Shown: piece by piece, positions 23,001 through 33,020 of the stretch
How positions within the stretch are numbered: position 1 is the first letter of the stretch
How the letters are laid out: each line of letters begins with the position of its first letter
NCBI GenBank assembly: GCA_944392505.1
Contig: CALXWU010000003.1
Coordinates: 1 to 46,184 of the forward strand
DNA from: an uncultured Clostridia bacterium
GTDB lineage: Bacteria > Bacillota > Clostridia > TANB77 > CAG-508
DNA length: 46,184 bases
Direction of reading: 5' to 3'
The notes under the pieces: generated by a model
Database searches by the model: none
Told to the model about the DNA's origin: nothing
What the model saw: the letters and a program-made list of their open reading frames with translations, nothing else
Made by a program: the position numbers and the translations under genes

Positions 23001-23721
23001 AAATTCAGGTTTGGGTAAACCATGGATAATATTCAATGATGCTAAGGAAATATTGAAAATTAAATACAATGAAAAAGATAGGGATAAAAAACAAACAGAA
23101 GATGCTATTGAAATGGTAGAGACCATATTAACAAACAAGTATTCAAGTAGTATATTAACAGGTGTAATGTATTATTATATCATATTTAATACCTATTATT
23201 TGGTAGAAAACGAAAAAAGTACATTACATAGTGAAAAGCTGATTGCTAAGTGTGATGATGTTGAAAAATCTATTAAGAAGATTTCCTTTCCAAGTGATCC
23301 AGTAGATGATTTTAAGGACTTATATGACGATTTGACCGGAGAAAAGGAAATGAAAAAGAAATGGGATTGGATAAGCTTAAATCAATATACAGTAGTAGTT
23401 GACAAAATAAAATACTTGAGAAATATGTATAAAGATGAATTTGGGGAAAACAATAGTAGAACTATTCTGCTAACAGCGTGTGTTGGTCTATTAGAAACTT
23501 TATTATATATAAAAGATGGTCCAAGAACTATAGAAGAGGCCTTTAATAGAACTAATCCAAAAGATATGGCTTTAATGGAAAAGTTAAATAAAATAAAAGA
23601 AATAGAAGAAAGAACCTTAGCCATATATAGAGACCTTAAATTTAAAAATTTAGATTTATTGGAGGTTTCATTGTCTGACATATACCAGAAAGCAAAATGG
23701 GGAGCTAATTTACCTCAATAA
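20041..23721 (+). CDS. Large STAND/NB-ARC-like P-loop NTPase with a helical C-terminal region
   Basis: FTDREE, Walker A GFGGIGKT, Walker B FVFFIDTYE, sensor IAGRE, GxP (HGTPMYL) and MH(E) motif. Confidence 0.7.
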   Translation: MPKFIQSDEIINIKATKEFTDREEPRRVFWEKYNLIKSQMNNQAPIQVLTYYGFGGIGKTSLLHKLLEEVNQKEPESKIEFLDFEKLVEFNNNLLDILKVIRQDLKDKYKFTFPIFDLVVYVYETKMGKTATKPELSSIFDDNKELGFLKDVISDIPLIGTFAKVIYYADTGKNLIQERLRNHKLRQRLLEIENTSVEDIKEHLAYYFSIDLVENLKNEKRPFVFFIDTYEKLVNELTQIGDPLKNDLWLRSDEGLICRVPNVIWVIAGREKLKWQDLDESWDGTLEQHLLGTLSFQDTSSFLKTAGIEQDELIKQIFNLTHGTPMYLDMCVDTYVKLKEQGKNPTIEDFGGDTTKLVNRFLMYMKDAERDFSTMLAYVPEWTDETIEEISMKMNGTFSYSLYEKVKNFSFVVNENGKYKMHESIKDIIIANTPEILRTKYQKILQENENSKLEKIVEDEERRAEERLKGDKISIEGKSKDKTEGEKNQEGKIGTEGLKDQKGESEGTESIEESIIQKIPNLDRYESKKAYKQLIENLRRKLIDEKDEEQFNVTAKFLLEKLNEYEEKFNETIELKDMYFTKFKENKYFKLLQVYQGDRVSIDYNTDKLIANYKNWVKQYGENDKWALFEIKHLLRWNTYPINSVEKVKPLFELVSSKLGKDNLYYISLCALCLYNNEGKQQEFIERIRAYSYNHEPDRFYMRLILNASNSNNLEGCLMEKYNDWGSTFFTYYEEKYEKEVNKEAIYNFNIAIKTLKDNPNLLDERALELIGDTYESFSRFGENPLINIAFEYIYGVRYIALSTSNQEIIDKFLNIFKAFLGGENNRKESIVQDKNIINKVIDFMKELKEHYIDLYGKDHYNVNEIEDYIDKFEKLTPETFEKRIQSRINRYGINDERTIRTFYTYIKEIQNQAPKRDEHFEAIKIDTGYFDFIFNFTKELLLNCEDTEKMHDLVDEVQKCLNCISSERYYNCILEIDKILLDSYKENSGLGKPWIIFNDAKEILKIKYNEKDRDKKQTEDAIEMVETILTNKYSSSILTGVMYYYIIFNTYYLVENEKSTLHSEKLIAKCDDVEKSIKKISFPSDPVDDFKDLYDDLTGEKEMKKKWDWISLNQYTVVVDKIKYLRNMYKDEFGENNSRTILLTACVGLLETLLYIKDGPRTIEEAFNRTNPKDMALMEKLNKIKEIEERTLAIYRDLKFKNLDLLEVSLSDIYQKAKWGANLPQ

Positions 23722-23775
23722 GAAAAAATGATAAAAAGCGTTTAAACTTTACCAGAACACCTAATGAGTAATAAA

Positions 23776-23810
23776 GGTTTATGGGTGCAATCCTCTAAAA
23801 ACCCAAATAT
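23776..23810 (+). promoter_or_regulatory. Conserved 5'-UTR motif, copy 2 (upstream of polA)
   Basis: GGTTTATGGGTGCAATCCTCTAAAAACCCAAATAT. Confidence 0.5.
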
Positions 23811-23833
23811 AAAATTGGACAAGGGATTAAACA

Positions 23834-26542
23834 ATGTCAAGATTAGTTTTAATTGATGGAAATAGTATTTTAAATAGAGCCTTTTATGGGATAATGGGAA
23901 CAAAAATGCTTACTACTCCTGATGGAAAGTATACTAATGCAGTATATGGCTTTTTAGCAATTCTATTTAAGGTCTTAGATGATTTAAAACCAGAATATAT
24001 TGCAGTTGCATTTGATTTAAAAGCACCAACGGCAAGACACAAGATGTATGAAGGCTATAAAGCTACTAGAAAAGGCATGCCTAATGAACTTGCAGAGCAA
24101 ATGCCTATTGTAAAAGAAATATTAGGATTGATGCATATAACAATTATTGAAAGAGAAGGATATGAAGCAGATGATATTTTAGGCACACTTGCAAAACAGG
24201 GTGAAAAAGCTGGCTTAGATGTAACTATTGTGTCAGGAGATAGAGATACTTTTCAGTTAACCAGTTCTAAAATTTCTGTAAGAATTCCACATACAAAGGT
24301 CGGAAAAACTGAAGTGGATACTTTTGGAGAAAAAGAAATTATAGAGAAATATGGTGTGACTCCTAAAGAACTAATAGAGGTAAAAGGTCTTATGGGTGAT
24401 ACCTCTGACAATATTCCAGGAGTCCCTGGAGTTGGAGAAAAAACAGCGCTTGGATTAATAAAGGAGTATAAGTCGATAGATAAATTATATGAGGCTATAG
24501 AAAATAATACAGAGGATTTAAAGGACAAGATAAAAGAAAAGCTTATAGCTAATAAAGACTTGGCAATTCTTTCTAGAACTCTTGGTACAATTAATGTCGA
24601 GGCACCTTTAAATGAAAAAATAGAAGATTTAAAAGTAAAAGCATGGGATAATGATAAATTATTTGCAAAGTTTAAAGAGCTTAATTTTAATAGATTTATA
24701 GATAGATTTGATTTACAAGTAGAGCAACAAGATAAAGAAGTAACAGACCTAGTAAAAATAGAGGAGCTTGATTTAGAAGGACTCAATAAAGTTATAGAAG
24801 AAGTTAAAACAAAAAAAGAATTGGTATATATTTTAGAAAAAGAAGATATTAATAATAGTGAAAAGATTATAAAGAAGAAAATTGTAGCAGTAGGTATTTA
24901 TGAGGAAGAGAAAAATACAGCATATTATATTAAACTATCAGAAGCAGAGATATTAAAATACTTAAAAGATGTATTTGAAAGTTTAGAAATCAAAAAATAT
25001 GGATATGATATATCTGAAGATTATGTAATACTTAAAGAAGTGGGCATAGAATTAAATAGTATATATTATGATGTGAAGATTGCAGCATATGATTTAAATC
25101 CTACAAATAGCCATTTTAATATAGAAAATGTGGCAAATCAATATTTAAATATTGATGCAGATTTATACTTAAGTAAATATTCAGAGGATAAAGGCAAAAG
25201 TAAACAGTTGAATCTATTTCAAGAAATGGAGAACAAAAATAGCAAATATATTTATGGACTTAAAGCATATTTAATAAAAAAAATAGCAAATAAAACATTA
25301 GAAGAACTAGGAAAAGTTAATTCCTTAGATTTATTCAATAATATTGAAATGCCATTAGTAAAAGTATTGGGAGAAATGCAAGTAAATGGTATGTATGTTG
25401 ACAAAAACGAATTAACAAGTTTTGGCGATGAATTAAAGGAAAGGATAGAAGCATTAAAAAATGAAATTTATGAATTATGTGGAGAAGAATTTAATATTAA
25501 TTCTACACAACAACTGGGAGTAATCTTGTTTGAAAAATTGAAATTAACTGTATACAAAAAGACAAAAAATGGATATTCCACAGATGTAGACATATTGGAA
25601 AAACTAAAACCAGAGCATCCTGTAATTGAGAAAATATTGGAATACAGAAGCTTAATGAAACTAAATTCTACTTATGTAGAAGGTTTAATACCATATATAA
25701 ATGAAAGAACAAAAAGGATTCATTCGTATTTTCATCAAACCATAACAGCAACAGGCAGAATAAGCAGTACAGAGCCAAATTTACAAAACATACCTACCAG
25801 ATATGAACTTGGCAAAGCCTTAAGAAAAGTTTTTAAACCAGCAGAGGGAAATATATATGTGGATGCTGACTATTCACAGATAGAATTAAGAGTGCTTGCA
25901 CACATTTCAAAAGATAGAAATATGGTAATGGCTTTTAATCATGATGAAGATATACACAAACAAGCGGCATCTAAAGTCTTTGAAGTTCCTATGGAGGAAG
26001 TGACAAAAGAACAAAGAACCTCTGCTAAAGCTGTTAATTTTGGCATAGTGTATGGAATAAGCGATTTTGGATTAGCTGAGCAACTTGGAATTAGTAGAAA
26101 ACTAGCTAAAAAATATATTGATCAATATTTGGAAAGATATAGTGGAATAAAGAAATTCATGAATGACATTGTAGAAGAAGCAAAAGAAAAAGGCTATGTG
26201 GAAACTTTATTTCATAGAAGAAGATATATACCAGAGCTTTCTTCAAATAACTATATGGTAAGGCAATTTGGTGCAAGAGCAGCGATGAATACACCAATTC
26301 AGGGAACAGCAGCAGACATAATGAAAATTGCAATGATAAATGTATACAATAGATTAAAAAAGGAAAAATTAGATGCTAAATTAGTACTACAGGTACATGA
26401 TGAACTTATTGTAGAATGTAAAATAGAAGTAAAAGAAGAAGTGAAGAAAATCTTGCAACAAGAAATGGAAAGTGCTATGAAATTAAGAATTCCATTAAAA
26501 GTGGAAGTGTCTGAGGCTTCTAATTGGTACGAAGCAAAATAG
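23834..26542 (+). CDS. polA: DNA polymerase I
   Basis: LIDGNS...RAFY, EADD, GDTSDNIPGVPGVGEKTA, TGRISSTEPNLQNIP, DYSQIELR, AKAVNFGIVYG and QVHDEL motifs. Confidence 0.98.
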   Translation: MSRLVLIDGNSILNRAFYGIMGTKMLTTPDGKYTNAVYGFLAILFKVLDDLKPEYIAVAFDLKAPTARHKMYEGYKATRKGMPNELAEQMPIVKEILGLMHITIIEREGYEADDILGTLAKQGEKAGLDVTIVSGDRDTFQLTSSKISVRIPHTKVGKTEVDTFGEKEIIEKYGVTPKELIEVKGLMGDTSDNIPGVPGVGEKTALGLIKEYKSIDKLYEAIENNTEDLKDKIKEKLIANKDLAILSRTLGTINVEAPLNEKIEDLKVKAWDNDKLFAKFKELNFNRFIDRFDLQVEQQDKEVTDLVKIEELDLEGLNKVIEEVKTKKELVYILEKEDINNSEKIIKKKIVAVGIYEEEKNTAYYIKLSEAEILKYLKDVFESLEIKKYGYDISEDYVILKEVGIELNSIYYDVKIAAYDLNPTNSHFNIENVANQYLNIDADLYLSKYSEDKGKSKQLNLFQEMENKNSKYIYGLKAYLIKKIANKTLEELGKVNSLDLFNNIEMPLVKVLGEMQVNGMYVDKNELTSFGDELKERIEALKNEIYELCGEEFNINSTQQLGVILFEKLKLTVYKKTKNGYSTDVDILEKLKPEHPVIEKILEYRSLMKLNSTYVEGLIPYINERTKRIHSYFHQTITATGRISSTEPNLQNIPTRYELGKALRKVFKPAEGNIYVDADYSQIELRVLAHISKDRNMVMAFNHDEDIHKQAASKVFEVPMEEVTKEQRTSAKAVNFGIVYGISDFGLAEQLGISRKLAKKYIDQYLERYSGIKKFMNDIVEEAKEKGYVETLFHRRRYIPELSSNNYMVRQFGARAAMNTPIQGTAADIMKIAMINVYNRLKKEKLDAKLVLQVHDELIVECKIEVKEEVKKILQQEMESAMKLRIPLKVEVSEASNWYEAK

Positions 26543-26562
26543 CAAGCAAGGAGAAGAATCGA

Positions 26563-27132
26563 ATGACAAAAAAGTTTATAACGTTTATGATAATATTAAT
26601 CATATTGTTAGCCTTAGGATTAGTTTTATTTAAAATATTCAGAGTACAAGATGGTATTTTGAAATTAATATATCCAACTAAATATTCTGAATATGTTGAA
26701 AAGTATTCAGAAGAAAATGGCTTGGACAAATACATGGTTTATGCAATGATAAAAGCAGAAAGTAATTTTGAGCCAGATATAAAATCTGGTGCGGGTGCAA
26801 TAGGATTAATGCAACTAATGGAAGAGACAGCGGTAGAGAGGTCAAATATAATAGATGAAGAGATAATAGAAACATATGATTTATATGACCCTGAAACTAA
26901 TATAAGGCTTGGAACTTCATACTTATCGTATTTATTGGGATTATTTGAAGATAATATAATTTTAGCAGTTACAGCATATAATGCAGGCCTAGGAAATGTG
27001 CAAGAATGGATTAATAGCGGAATTATAAAATCAGATGGTTCAGATATAGAGAATATACCATACCAAGAAACCAGCAATTATGTAAGGAAAATACTTAAAA
27101 ATTATCAGATGTATCTAAAAATTTATGAATAG
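26563..27132 (+). CDS. Lytic transglycosylase (SLT domain) with N-terminal TM
   Basis: IKAESNF, GAIGLMQLM, AYNAG and ETSNYV motifs. ATG at 26563 follows AAGGAG. Confidence 0.92.
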   Translation: MTKKFITFMIILIILLALGLVLFKIFRVQDGILKLIYPTKYSEYVEKYSEENGLDKYMVYAMIKAESNFEPDIKSGAGAIGLMQLMEETAVERSNIIDEEIIETYDLYDPETNIRLGTSYLSYLLGLFEDNIILAVTAYNAGLGNVQEWINSGIIKSDGSDIENIPYQETSNYVRKILKNYQMYLKIYE

Positions 27133-27273
27133 AATATATAATATTACAGAAATATTACAAGTTTATGACATTTGTGTAACATTATTGAAAAACGTAAAGA
27201 GTTATCATATAATAACTATATAAAATGGAAGCAACGGAAGTATAAACCTGAAACTAAAGTGAGGGAGAAGAAA

Positions 27274-27819
27274 ATGGGAGTAGAAACTTTTGCAGATTAT
27301 ATACTATCTGAAAAAGACTGGATAAAAAAAATGGAAATTGTATATTACTTGCAAAAAAGAACTGGAATCTTTTATGATAATTCAGTCGTTTTTAAGACAC
27401 TACTTACAAAATTATTTATTGATAGAACAGATTTAGGCATAGACAAAAATGAAGTTCTTACAGCAAGCCTATTATGGAGCTGCAAGAAAGAATTAACATC
27501 AAATGATATTTCAAAAATACAATCATTTGCAAAAGAAGGAGCTGAATTTTTATCTACCTTAGGTTTCAGCGAAAAATTCTGTAGAATATGTGAGGGCGTT
27601 AATAGATATAGTGGAATTACTCCTAGAGAAAAAGAAAGCGATATTCTAGAACTAACAGATCAATTTGGGGGAATGCTTTTAAGCAGACCGGAAAGAATTG
27701 CTTTTAAGCCAGATGAAGCATTGGTGTTACTCGAATATAGAAATTTGAAGTATAAAGATAATAGATATTTAGAAGAGTTTAAGAATTTTGTAACCAATAT
27801 GGAGGAAGTAAAAATATGA
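27274..27819 (+). CDS. Degenerate HD-GYP-like protein
   Basis: ASLLWS where ALLHD is expected, EGAEFL, and ILELTDQFGGMLLSRPERIAFKPDEAL resembling the HD-GYP C-terminus. Start ATG 27274 follows GGGAG. Confidence 0.5.
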   Translation: MGVETFADYILSEKDWIKKMEIVYYLQKRTGIFYDNSVVFKTLLTKLFIDRTDLGIDKNEVLTASLLWSCKKELTSNDISKIQSFAKEGAEFLSTLGFSEKFCRICEGVNRYSGITPREKESDILELTDQFGGMLLSRPERIAFKPDEALVLLEYRNLKYKDNRYLEEFKNFVTNMEEVKI

Positions 27820-28073
27820 GTGGTTTAGTAGGAAGTATAGAAGCTATTTCGGCATGTTTTGATGGAATAGATCCAAAAGATATTAGGCAAGGAATAAAAG
27901 AGTGTATTAATAATGATACTAGAATAGCAAATGCTGAAAAAGAATTAATAGAAGAAAAACAGAAAGTAACTATACAGGAAGAATTAGATTCAGGAGTACT
28001 TACAGATGAAATACGTATGGATATGGGAGAAGAACCAGCTAAACCTGATGCAAAACAAGATATAGAAAGATAA
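27816..28073 (+). CDS. Hypothetical protein, 85 aa
   Basis: GGAGG RBS; ATGA overlap with the upstream gene. Confidence 0.6.
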   Translation: MSGLVGSIEAISACFDGIDPKDIRQGIKECINNDTRIANAEKELIEEKQKVTIQEELDSGVLTDEIRMDMGEEPAKPDAKQDIER

Positions 28074-28235
28074 AATATTTATATAAATAAATTAACAAAA
28101 GATTGGAAATGGAAAGCAACACCAGTCTTTTGTTTTGTGCTTTTATAAGACAAATAAGTAACAAAATAAGAAAACAGTACAAGTAAAGGTTTATAATTCA
28201 AACAAAGCAATAAAAAGGAGGAACAAAATAAAATA

Positions 28236-29429
28236 ATGAACGAAGTATTTGCAGATTTACATGTACATATAGGAAGAAGTGAAAATGGAAAACCAATCAA
28301 AATTACAGCTGCTAGATCACTAAATTTTGCTAATATCGCAAAAGAATGTGCTGATAGAAAAGGAATAAATATAGTAGGAATAATAGATTGCGCTTCACCT
28401 TATGTAATAGAGGATATAGAGAATTTTTTAAGAAGTGGAGAAGCATACGAGATAGAAGATGGAGGAATTATATATAAAGATAAAGTATGTATAATTCTAG
28501 GAAGTGAAATAGAAACAGCAGAAATAAATGATGAAGGAAGAACAGGAAGTGCTCATAATTTATGTTATTTCCCTAGTCTAAAGGATATAAAAGCATTTTC
28601 AAAAGAGATGGAAAGACATATTCATAATATAACGTTAAGTTCACAAAGAGCAGATATATCAGCATATGATTTAGTTGACATAGTGGAAAGATATAATGGA
28701 GTATTAATACCTGCTCATGCATTTACACCGCACAAAAGCTTTTATGGAAATTGTACAGATAGATTAAGCAAAATTTTCAAAGAAAAGTTTTACAAAATAT
28801 TTGCTATAGAACTTGGACTAAGTTCAGATACATATTTAGCAGATGAAATTTCTGAACTTGAAACACGTACTTTTATAACTAATTCAGATGCACATTCTCT
28901 ACCTAAAATAGCCAGAGAATACAATAAAATGTTATTAGATGGAATTAGTTTTAAAGAAGTCTTAAAAGCATTAAAAAATGAAGATGGAAGAAAAATATTA
29001 GCAAATTACGGGCTAGATCCAAAACTTGGAAAATATCATAGAACCTTTTGCGAAAAATGTGGAAAGCCAATTGAGGGAAAAGCACCTGTAACGAGATGCC
29101 CGGATTGTGATAGTAGCAAAATTACAATGGGCGTGTTTGATAGAATCGAAATGATAAAAGATAAAGAAAAAACCAAAAGTCCAGACTTTAGACCGCCATA
29201 CATATACCAAATTCCACTTTCTTTCATGCCAGGGCTTGGAGGAAAAACAATAGACAAGCTATTAAATAATTTTGAGACAGAAATGAATATACTTCATAAA
29301 TTATCAGAAGATGACATAGAGGCAGTAGTGGGAGCAAAAATCGCTAAAAATATAATTGCGGCAAGAACAGGAAATGTAAAAATACAAGCAGGTGGTGGAG
29401 GAGTTTATGGGAAACTAACTGCAAGCTAG
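28236..29429 (+). CDS. Endonuclease Q / TIGR00375 (YqxK-like) PHP-family protein
   Basis: ADLHVH, PAHAFTPHKS, ELGLSSD, NSDAHS, GKYHRTFCEKC...CPDC zinc finger and GGGGVYGK motifs. Confidence 0.88.
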   Translation: MNEVFADLHVHIGRSENGKPIKITAARSLNFANIAKECADRKGINIVGIIDCASPYVIEDIENFLRSGEAYEIEDGGIIYKDKVCIILGSEIETAEINDEGRTGSAHNLCYFPSLKDIKAFSKEMERHIHNITLSSQRADISAYDLVDIVERYNGVLIPAHAFTPHKSFYGNCTDRLSKIFKEKFYKIFAIELGLSSDTYLADEISELETRTFITNSDAHSLPKIAREYNKMLLDGISFKEVLKALKNEDGRKILANYGLDPKLGKYHRTFCEKCGKPIEGKAPVTRCPDCDSSKITMGVFDRIEMIKDKEKTKSPDFRPPYIYQIPLSFMPGLGGKTIDKLLNNFETEMNILHKLSEDDIEAVVGAKIAKNIIAARTGNVKIQAGGGGVYGKLTAS

Positions 29430-29498
29430 AAAAAAATGTTCTAAATCTTATTTTATTGAATAGATATTATGTATAAAAATAATATCTAGGAGAAGAGA

Positions 29499-30149
29499 AT
29501 GAGAGAAGTACGTAAAAGAAGAAAAGCCAATAATATTAAACAATTGATTTTAAATCATTTTTATGAAAATATTAAAGCATACATTATAGTAATTATTATA
29601 TTTATTATAGGTATTGTTGCAGGAGTAATATTTATTAATAATACTAATGAAACACAAAGCACAGAAATACAAAATTACATAACTAGTTTTATAAATTCAT
29701 TAAAACAGGATTATCATATAGATAAATTAGAACTACTAAAAAAGTCTCTGGGAGATAATTTTATATTAATTTTAACCATGTGGTTTATAGGATCAACAGT
29801 TATTGGAATACCAATCATATTTGGAATAGTTCTATTTAGAGGATTTTGTATCGGGTACACAGTATCAAGCATTATTGCTTCTTTAGGAGTACAAAAAGGA
29901 TTAATATTTCTCTTTACAACTGTATTCCTACAAAATCTAATATTTATACCAGTAGTTATCTGCATGACAGTAAGTTGTATTAGGCTATATAAATCTATCA
30001 TGAGGGACAAAAGAAGAGAAAATATAAAGTTAGAAATAATAAGGCATACGCTATTCTCTATTGTTTTAATAATATTTTTAATAGTTGCAGCCCTAGTAGA
30101 AAGCTATATATCAACTAATTTACTTATGATATGTATTAATTTATTCTAA
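29499..30149 (+). CDS. spoIIM: Stage II sporulation protein M
   Basis: Five-TM topology with GIPII...RGFCIGYTV, QNLIFIP and ESYIS. Conserved yqxK-spoIIM-xerD synteny. Confidence 0.85.
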   Translation: MREVRKRRKANNIKQLILNHFYENIKAYIIVIIIFIIGIVAGVIFINNTNETQSTEIQNYITSFINSLKQDYHIDKLELLKKSLGDNFILILTMWFIGSTVIGIPIIFGIVLFRGFCIGYTVSSIIASLGVQKGLIFLFTTVFLQNLIFIPVVICMTVSCIRLYKSIMRDKRRENIKLEIIRHTLFSIVLIIFLIVAALVESYISTNLLMICINLF

Positions 30150-30178
30150 AAAAAATTACAAAAAAACTTAAAATGTAT

Positions 30179-30207
30179 TTGCATTTTAGTAATAATTATG
30201 ATATAAC
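30179..30207 (+). promoter_or_regulatory. SigA-type promoter for xerD
   Basis: TTGCAT-17 bp-TATAAC with extended TG. Confidence 0.5.
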
Positions 30208-30265
30208 ATATACAATGTTTATGTAAATCATATAGAATTAGATATTAATAAAAGAAGAAGGGGTA

Positions 30266-31156
30266 ATGACAAAGATGGAAAAACAAATTAAACAATTTTT
30301 GGATTTTTTACAAAATGAAAAAAGAGTATCAAACAACACACTACAATCATATAGCAGAGATATTCACCAATATGAGAGTTACTTAAGTCAAAATCGTATA
30401 AACTATCTTAAAGTAGACAACAAAAAAATTAATGATTATCTAAAACACTTACAAGATCTTAATAAAAAAACATCTACAATATCAAGAAATTTAGCTTCTA
30501 TTAGATCTTTTTATCAATATCTAATTAGAGTAAAGAAAATGAAATATGATCCAACAGAAAATATACAATCACCAAAAGTAGAAAAAAGAGTTCCAAGCGT
30601 ATTAACCTCAGAAGAGGTTGAACAATTATTAAGTCAACCTAAAGATGTAGATTTAAAAGGAACTAGAGATAAAGCAATGTTAGAGGTTGCATATGCAACA
30701 GGTATGAGAGTTACTGAAATAATATCATTAAACCTAGAAGATGTTAATTTACAAGAAGGTTTTATTTCATGTAGAACAGCTAACAAACAGAGAAATATAC
30801 CGTTAGGCTCTATCTCACTTGCAGCCTTAAATGAATATATTAAAGCTGCAAGACCAATAATGATAAAAGATGAAAATGAAAAATCTTTATTTGTTAATGT
30901 AAATGGAAAGAGATTAACCAGGCAGGGCTTCTGGAAAATAGTTAAGTTCTATAAAGAACAAGCCCATATAACGAAAGATATAACACCACATGTTTTAAGA
31001 CATTCTTTTGCAACACATTTATTACAAAATGGTGCAGACTTAAAAGCAATACAAACTATGCTTGGCCATTCAGATATATCTTCAACACAAGTATATACAC
31101 AATTCCAAGATCCAGGAATAAGAGAAATATATAAAAGGACACATCCAAGAGCTTAG
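30266..31156 (+). CDS. xerD: Tyrosine recombinase XerD (RipX)
   Basis: YATGMRVTE, LTRQGFWK, TPHVLRHSFATHLL, LGHSDISSTQVY and HPRA motifs. Confidence 0.93.
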   Translation: MTKMEKQIKQFLDFLQNEKRVSNNTLQSYSRDIHQYESYLSQNRINYLKVDNKKINDYLKHLQDLNKKTSTISRNLASIRSFYQYLIRVKKMKYDPTENIQSPKVEKRVPSVLTSEEVEQLLSQPKDVDLKGTRDKAMLEVAYATGMRVTEIISLNLEDVNLQEGFISCRTANKQRNIPLGSISLAALNEYIKAARPIMIKDENEKSLFVNVNGKRLTRQGFWKIVKFYKEQAHITKDITPHVLRHSFATHLLQNGADLKAIQTMLGHSDISSTQVYTQFQDPGIREIYKRTHPRA

Positions 31157-31164
31157 AAGGGAAC

Positions 31165-31260
31165 AAGGGACATACATTTTATTTTAGATTTGAAACACTG
31201 GGGACAGACATATGTCTGTCTTCTTCGTTTTACTTTTGCAACAAAATATGTGTCCTCTTT
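31165..31260. repeat. Degenerate GGGACA-type nested inverted repeat downstream of xerD
   Basis: Outer arms AAGGGACATACATTTT / AAAATATGTGTCCTCTT. Inner perfect palindrome GACAGACATATGTCTGTC at 31203-31220. Confidence 0.5.
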
Positions 31261-31284
31261 ATTGTACAAAAATGAAAAAAATAC

Positions 31285-31313
31285 TTGACATAAGTGCCTA
31301 TAAAATATAAAAT
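31285..31313 (+). promoter_or_regulatory. SigA-type promoter for rny
   Basis: TTGACA-17 bp-TAAAAT. Confidence 0.65.
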
Positions 31314-31398
31314 ATATATGTGGGAAAAAATATATTTTATGTTTTAGATATATTTATTGTACATTGAAAATTTAATATAAGAAAGAGGTGTAAGGATT

Positions 31399-32940
31399 AT
31401 GGATTTAATAATCAATATCGCCGTATTTCTAATCACAGCAGTTGTTTTCACATTTGTTGGTATTTTTGTGAGGAAAAAAATTGCTGAATCTAAATTAAAA
31501 AGTGCAGAAAATGAAGCAAAACAAATTTTAGACAGAGCAAAAATTGAAGCCGAAAATAATAAAAAAGAAGAAATTTTTAAGGCAAAGGAAGAAATTTTAA
31601 GTGCAAGAAAAGATTTAGATGACGAGATTAGAGAAAGAAGAGGCGAAGTACAACAACAGGAAAGAAGATTAATCCAAAAAGAAGAAAATTTAGAAAGAAA
31701 GCTTGAAATAATTGACAAAAAGGAAAAGGATTTAGCAAAAAAGGAGGAAAATCTTGAAGTTCAAAAAGAAGAATTAAAACAAGTAACTAACAGACAGATG
31801 TCTGAGTTGCAAAGAATTTCTGGATTATCTGCAGAGAATGCTAAAAAACAATTACTTACCGAAATCGAAAAAACTATGACAGCAGAAAAAGCTTCATTAG
31901 TTAGAGAAATGGAAAGCAAGGCAAAAGAAGAAGCTACAAAAAATGCTAGAGAGATTGTAAGTTATGCTATACAAAAATGTGCAGCAGATCATACCTCTGA
32001 AACTACAGTATCTATCGTTTCGCTTCCAAATGATGATATGAAAGGAAGAATAATAGGTAGAGAAGGTAGAAATATAAAAGCATTAGAAACCTTAACAGGA
32101 ATTGACTTAATAATTGATGATACTCCTGAAGCAGTAGTAATATCAGGATTTGACCCATTAAGAAGAGAAGTAGCAAAAATAGCTCTAGAAAAACTTATTG
32201 AAGATGGTAGAATTCATCCTGCTAAAATCGAAGAAATGGTAGAAAAGGCAAAAGAAGAAGTTGAAAATACCATTAAAGAAGAAGGAGAAAGAGCTGTTTT
32301 AGAAACAGGAGTTGTAGGCTTACATCCAGATCTAGTTAAATTAATCGGTAAATTAAAATATAGGACAAGTTATGGGCAGAATGTATTAAATCATTCAATA
32401 GAAGTTTCTAACTTGGCAAGGATAATGGCTGAAGAACTTGGATTAGATCCAAAACTTGCAAGACGTGCAGGTTTATTACATGATATAGGAAAAGCACTAG
32501 ACCATGATATGGAAGGAACACATGTTGAAATTGGTGTTGAAATATTAAAGAAATACAAAGAAAATGATAAAGTTATAAATGCTGTACAAGCACACCATGG
32601 AGACGTTGAACCTCAAACCATAGAAGCTGTTTTAGTACAAGCAGCAGATGCAATATCAGCCTCAAGACCTGGTGCAAGAAGAGAAACTCTTGAAACATAC
32701 ATCAAAAGACTTGAAGCTCTTGAAAACATTGCAGACTCATTTGATGGAGTTGAAAAATCTTTTGCTATACAAGCTGGTAGAGAAATAAGAATAATTGTAA
32801 AACCAGAAAAAATATCAGATGATCAAATGGTATTGATGGCAAGAGATATTGCTAAAAAAGTTGAGGATGAAATGGAATATCCAGGACAGATCAAAGTAAA
32901 TGTAGTAAGAGAAACGAGAGTTGTTGATTACGCTAAATAA
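31399..32940 (+). CDS. rny: Ribonuclease Y
   Basis: N-terminal TM, coiled coil, KH domain ([13 protein letters not shown]), HD domain (LLHDIGK) and [13 protein letters not shown]. Confidence 0.97.
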   Translation: MDLIINIAVFLITAVVFTFVGIFVRKKIAESKLKSAENEAKQILDRAKIEAENNKKEEIFKAKEEILSARKDLDDEIRERRGEVQQQERRLIQKEENLERKLEIIDKKEKDLAKKEENLEVQKEELKQVTNRQMSELQRISGLSAENAKKQLLTEIEKTMTAEKASLVREMESKAKEEATKNAREIVSYAIQKCAADHTSETTVSIVSLPNDDMKGRIIGREGRNIKALETLTGIDLIIDDTPEAVVISGFDPLRREVAKIALEKLIEDGRIHPAKIEEMVEKAKEEVENTIKEEGERAVLETGVVGLHPDLVKLIGKLKYRTSYGQNVLNHSIEVSNLARIMAEELGLDPKLARRAGLLHDIGKALDHDMEGTHVEIGVEILKKYKENDKVINAVQAHHGDVEPQTIEAVLVQAADAISASRPGARRETLETYIKRLEALENIADSFDGVEKSFAIQAGREIRIIVKPEKISDDQMVLMARDIAKKVEDEMEYPGQIKVNVVRETRVVDYAK

Positions 32941-33005
32941 TGTCGCTTTTGGGGACAGGCGTTAAAAACGACAACCTTGTCGCTTTTAGGGACAGACCTA
33001 AAAAA
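32941..33005 (+). repeat. REP-like GGGACAG repeat, copy 2 (two units in tandem)
   Basis: TGTCGCTTTTGGGGACAGGCGTTAAAAACGACA followed by TGTCGCTTTTAGGGACAGACCTAAAAAA. Confidence 0.85.
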
Positions 33006-33020
33006 GAGTTTGTATAATAT

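Noticed and set aside
27235-27237. In-frame CGG without a shift in the ORF-track protein 27172..27819 (KQRKY)
   Set aside because: It lies upstream of the likely true start, ATG 27274 with its GGGAG RBS, so it is probably untranslated. It would be a counter-example if the TTG 27172 start were real.
30266-31156. Prophage or ICE integrase
   Set aside because: The sequence and the yqxK-spoIIM-xerD context match housekeeping XerD.
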